A stretch of 64,000 bases of DNA from Zootoca vivipara (taxonomy: Eukaryota). Made by a program: the position numbers and the translations under genes. The stretch is from positions 73,842,001 to 73,906,000 of the forward strand of contig NC_083278.1 of assembly GCF_963506605.1 (NCBI RefSeq), in the 5' to 3' direction. A model generated the notes under the pieces. It had not been told where the DNA came from. It was given only the letters and a program-made list of their open reading frames with translations, and made no database searches. Shown piece by piece: positions 1 through 64,000 of the stretch. The stretch's first letter is position 1, and each line of letters starts with the position of its first letter.

Positions 1-837
1 CCACCTTGGCTCCCCCCCCCCCAAAAAAATGTCTCTGTGTTGCATTGCATTGTAAGCCACTCTGGGAGCTTTCCCAGCTAAAGAGTGGGATATAAATAAT
101 TGGAATAAATAAATAATTGAATAAAAAAAAGCTGCTCTTGGAAATGTCAGAGTCCACCCCCAGGACCACACAGAGGATGGGAGGAAGAATGGAAAATCAG
201 CTGCATCCGTGTGCACCCCTGGAAGCATCTTAGGTATGTTCATGTTTACATCCTGGCCAAGATGTAAATTCTGGGCTGGGATTTTGCCCCGGCCCCAGCA
301 GAGCAATCATTGATGGAAGGCCTGTTGCATTGCAGTATTTGATACAGCTTTAGCAGAGACAAAGCAGGGAAAGAGGCAGTGTTGGCAAGGATCCCTTAAA
401 TCACTAGCTTATTAAGTCCTAATACTGTATTTAGCAAATGGGTTTTGGGTTGCTTCTGACTGGAAAAGGGGAGCGATGATGCCACAGCGCTACCCAGCTT
501 GCCAAATTTACAGCAGACTTGTAGTATTAGGATGCCAATCTATTCCTTAGGAAAACATCCCGTGCCTTATTTGACATGACAGCTCTGAGACCTCCATTAT
601 CCTTTTATAATACTCCACTACTTTTCCCCATCTGGTAATCTCAGATGATGTGATATTAATACAAGTAGTGTTCTGTTCCCAACAGAGGGAGTTGCTCCAC
701 TGCTCTTTATCAAAATCTTTATTGCTTTCACACTTCACATAGCGAGGAAGCGGCTTGCGTGGACTAAGTGGGGCACTGGGGTGAACGAGTCAATAGAAAA
801 ATATCAGCCAGTGGCATTTTGGGAAGCCTCTTCTTAC

Positions 838-60412
<59,575 letters not shown>

Positions 60413-61751
60413 CTGTGAATATAATTTTAAAATGATCACACTCAAGTTAAGACCAATTTGACTTGCTAAATTAAGCTACTCCATCTTCAGAAGTTGACAG
60501 TCGCAATGAAATTCACACCAGCCACTGCTTAAAGAAGGGGTTGCCAGCATGGCATCCACGTAGGCAGAGGCCTTCCCTGGCACCCGCAGGGTCCCCTCCC
60601 CTCTGCCACCCCTCAGGCTGAAATGGGGCTTGAAAAAAGGCATTCTGCTGTAGCCAACATAATAGACTGCAGTGTTTGTTTGTTTGGGTGTGAGGCACCC
60701 ACATCAGTTTCCCCAGTTTGCAAATGCGTCTTGGGACCCCAAAAATATGCCCAGATGAAAATGTTGGCAAGCCCTGAATTAAAGCATTCCCCAGTTGCTG
60801 TTCAGGTAAAAAAATTGGCAAAGTGTAACACTAGTTACCTCTAACACAGGAATCTCTCTCTCTCTCTCGCTCCCTCTCTCTCTCCCTCTCCCTCTCACCC
60901 CCCCCCCCTGAAATGCATGTGGATTATACAGTAGCAGTGCTTAGTGGGTTGAGCGGAGTCAAACTAGGAGTTGGGCAGACCTGGGTGTGAATCCCCCAAT
61001 CAGCCATAAAGTTCACCTTGGCTAATCACTTTCTCTCAACTTAGCCTAAGGGACAGGGTTACTGTTAGGATAAAGCTACACAGCATGAATGAACCACCTA
61101 TTGCCTCCTTGGATGAAGCTTTGCTGCTTTATCTATCCTAAAGCATAATGTTATGTAATATAATAATAATACTATTTATATCAACCCTCTAATGAGCATA
61201 GAGAAGTATAGCCACATCTAGTAATCTTGATGCCAGTTGGGAAGAGCAACAGAAAATGGAAACAAAAGGGCAGAGCAACTGCATAGTCTCAATAATTCGG
61301 TATACTCTGGCAGCGGAATGAATGGCTTCTATACTGTACATATGCTAAGCCAAGAAGCAGAAAAACACACAACCAAAAAAATAATCATCCAAAGGCATAA
61401 AAATAGTAGGCATCCCACCAACACCCTTGGAAACACCGCCAAAGCCCACCAATCAGGGTTTGCACCTACAAGATTGTTTTCTTTCCCACTGGAGTCAAGA
61501 TTTATTGGAGATGGTGCGATGCACATTTGCACCAAAATTTGTATCCACTGTGATCTGGATACACTATATAACTGCAATGCGTTACTGCATTGCATATTGT
61601 TGGAGAGAGGCATATTCTCATTTGCTTTACAAATCAGATAGAAATGCACATTCTCATCCATGGTGCTATAACAATGCAAAACAGAATCCAGCAGTGTAGT
61701 TGCAGCAGGGTGACTATAGATTCAGCCCTCTGTGTTTGGAATATGTATAAC

Positions 61752-62152
61752 CATAGGTGCCAACTCCCAGATTGAAAAATCCGGGATCAGCACTGAAGTC
61801 ACACTGTGGCCATTTTCGAACTGGGCAGAGCAGCACCGGAAGTTGCTTCTACGCATGCTCTGCCCATTTCCAAAATGGCCGTAGCACCGGAAGTCACGCT
61901 GCGGCCATTTTCGAACTGGGCAGAGCAGCACCGGAAGTCGCTTCTACGCATGCTCTGCCCACTTCCAAAATGGCCGCAGTGCCAGAAATCGCTTCTGCGT
62001 ATGTCCAGAGACTCCAGACATGCACAGAAGGAGCCTCCCCAGGCCGGTAGGAATCCGGGGGATTTACGGGTTTTTTTTAATCTGGGCTGCCAGCGGGAAA
62101 TGGCTGGAAAAACGGGGGTTTCCCGGGGAATACGGGAGACTTGACAGCTATG
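61752..62152. mobile_element. 401-bp hAT non-autonomous element with a 95-bp internal repeat
   Basis: CATAGGTGCCAAC / TTGACAGCTATG termini related to the 90-bp MITE; TSD TGTATAAC. Confidence 0.87.
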
Positions 62153-64000
62153 TGTATAACAGGAAGAAGAAGAAAAAACCAGTAAAAACAAGCCTGATAG
62201 GATTTGGATTGCGATTTTTGATAGTTTAGACTTTTTTCTAACCTTCTACAAAGAAAATGCCAATTTCATACCACCCTGTCTCAAATCTGAGAAAACTATG
62301 CAATTCTTCTTTTTGCATTTAATTTAGTTGGTAGTTTTTTGGTTTTTTGGAGCTGTGATTCCCCACTACTGGTAGAGTCCAGGAAGGAAGTTAGAGTTTG
62401 AATGTAACACATGAATACCCTTAGGCTGCTGGTTAATGCAGTAATCAACCATGTGGATGCCTATGAAATTAATTATAAAGTTCCATTCTCCAAGCAGAGT
62501 GGTTAATTATCCAACGCAGCTGCCTTGTTGATTCCAGTCACCAAGGCTGACAATTGTTACAGTGCCATTCAAGCAACAAAAATGTAGCAAAGGTCACTGG
62601 AAAATGCAGTGCTAAGTTATTGCTAAGTTGGAGGGGAATCAGAGAGGCTTATTTTAAATAGTAAATCCCTCTGGATTCATCCTGAAGAGTGGACTAATTA
62701 TCTTCAGCTTAAATGGCATTGATTTCAAGGCACCCAACTTAAAAATAAACATCATCCACATAATTCTATACTGTCTCTGTGTGTGCACACACGAACATGT
62801 GTAACACACGTTAGATATTACATTCCTTATTACCAAACTGAAATCATCAGGCTAGATAGGCAGGAACACACATATGTTATGTTACTTGTTTACATGCCAA
62901 CTTCAATTTAACATTTAACATTATTACTTGATGCAGCTTGACTCTGCAAGCCATAAGGGACATAAATCCCACTTAAGGGAAGCTCTAACTTGTAAACCAA
63001 GTTATATGCAAGTGTGGTTGGGCACTGCAAAATATTGTTCAATTCACCATAGTCAACACTTAAGGGGATGCTAGATTTACAAATATCTTGAAGGTTGAAT
63101 CTGGGTCTAAAGATGCCAGGGGAAGGAATATGCCTTATCCAAGTTCTTTTCTGCAATCCCGGTGTGGTCCACAGTACCCAATCAGAAGTGCAGGAAGTTG
63201 CCACATGGACAGGACTTTGGAATAAATAGGGAAATCATTTCATGAACACAAAATGAGGCAAGTGGTGTGACACGGGGATTTCTGCTAACTCTTGGGAGCT
63301 AGTGTCAGTCCCATTAACGGTATCTATTACAAACTTAAGTAGAGGAGCAGGAATCATGTCTGTAGCTGTTAGAGTCGTCAAGAAATGGCCTTTAATTAAT
63401 TTCGGAGGAATCCAGGGCTGGTTCAAGAGTTGTTGCTACCTCAGGCAATGTAGCAACCACCTCCGCTGCTGAAAGTTGATATGTCAAGCTACTTTGGTAC
63501 CTGAGGCAGAAAATCCCACAAGGCTTTCTCCCTACCTCTGGGAATAAATATTTCAATTTATTACTTTACTTTCTTAATTACTTTAACTAACAATGCCAGC
63601 TACCTGAAATAGCTGTCTCATGCTGCTTCGTGGTAGGGCTGCATCATTTATTAATTACATATTATTATATTATATTATATTAATCATTACTTTTTAATTA
63701 GCCCTTCACCAGAGAGAAGAAATCCAGGGCAAGTACCAGCATATAAAAACATTAACAATAGTAGTATTTAAAACACACACAACACTACCTATAACCCCCA
63801 AATCAATATATCTAGACAACACATTTTTTCCCCTCAGGGGATCAAAGCCGAGGGTTCAGGCCAGTAGCAGAAATGTAAACTGGAGAGGGGCAGGGCATGA
63901 TGATGCATGCTGTCCATTTGAGTGAAAGGCTAAAGCTATGGAAGAAGCAGGGACCTTTTTGGGTGCTGGTGCTGTGAGGCCCTCTAGGTTCAGGTTGTAT

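Noticed and set aside
547-738. 63-aa ORF as the PCNX2 terminal exon
   Set aside because: No recognisable pecanex similarity; the nearest acceptor (~776) gives a ~60-nt intron and an immediate stop in the required phase.
62908-63426. Two minus-strand ORFs as upstream PCNX2 exons
   Set aside because: No pecanex-like peptide or convincing splice pair; the preceding exon is probably beyond the window.

Overview
Vertebrate genomic DNA from a squamate reptile, probably a lacertid lizard (Sauria SINEs, BovB, Squam-type SINEs, young L2). The window lies inside one minus-strand gene, pecanex 2 (PCNX2). I reconstructed 16 consecutive coding exons (60412 down to 838; 2961 nt, 987 codons) whose splice phases all match. 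The 5' exons are beyond base 64000 and the usual terminal exon is probably before base 1. The most notable signal is the splicing: one intron has U12 (minor spliceosome) donor and branch-point motifs but hybrid AT...AG termini, it directly follows a GC-AG intron, and a second GC-AG intron lies downstream. The introns are dense with mobile elements: a young L2 with an open RT frame, BovB, CR1, tRNA-derived SINEs, a solo LTR, a Penelope-type 148-bp perfect palindrome, and many hAT and pogo/Tigger MITEs. Several MITEs are unusual: flank capture, a same-site tandem dimer, and one core with different co-varying termini. An inverted BovB pair brackets two exons. No prokaryotic-type systems (CRISPR, operons) are present. 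Family names come from my recall of motifs, not database searches.
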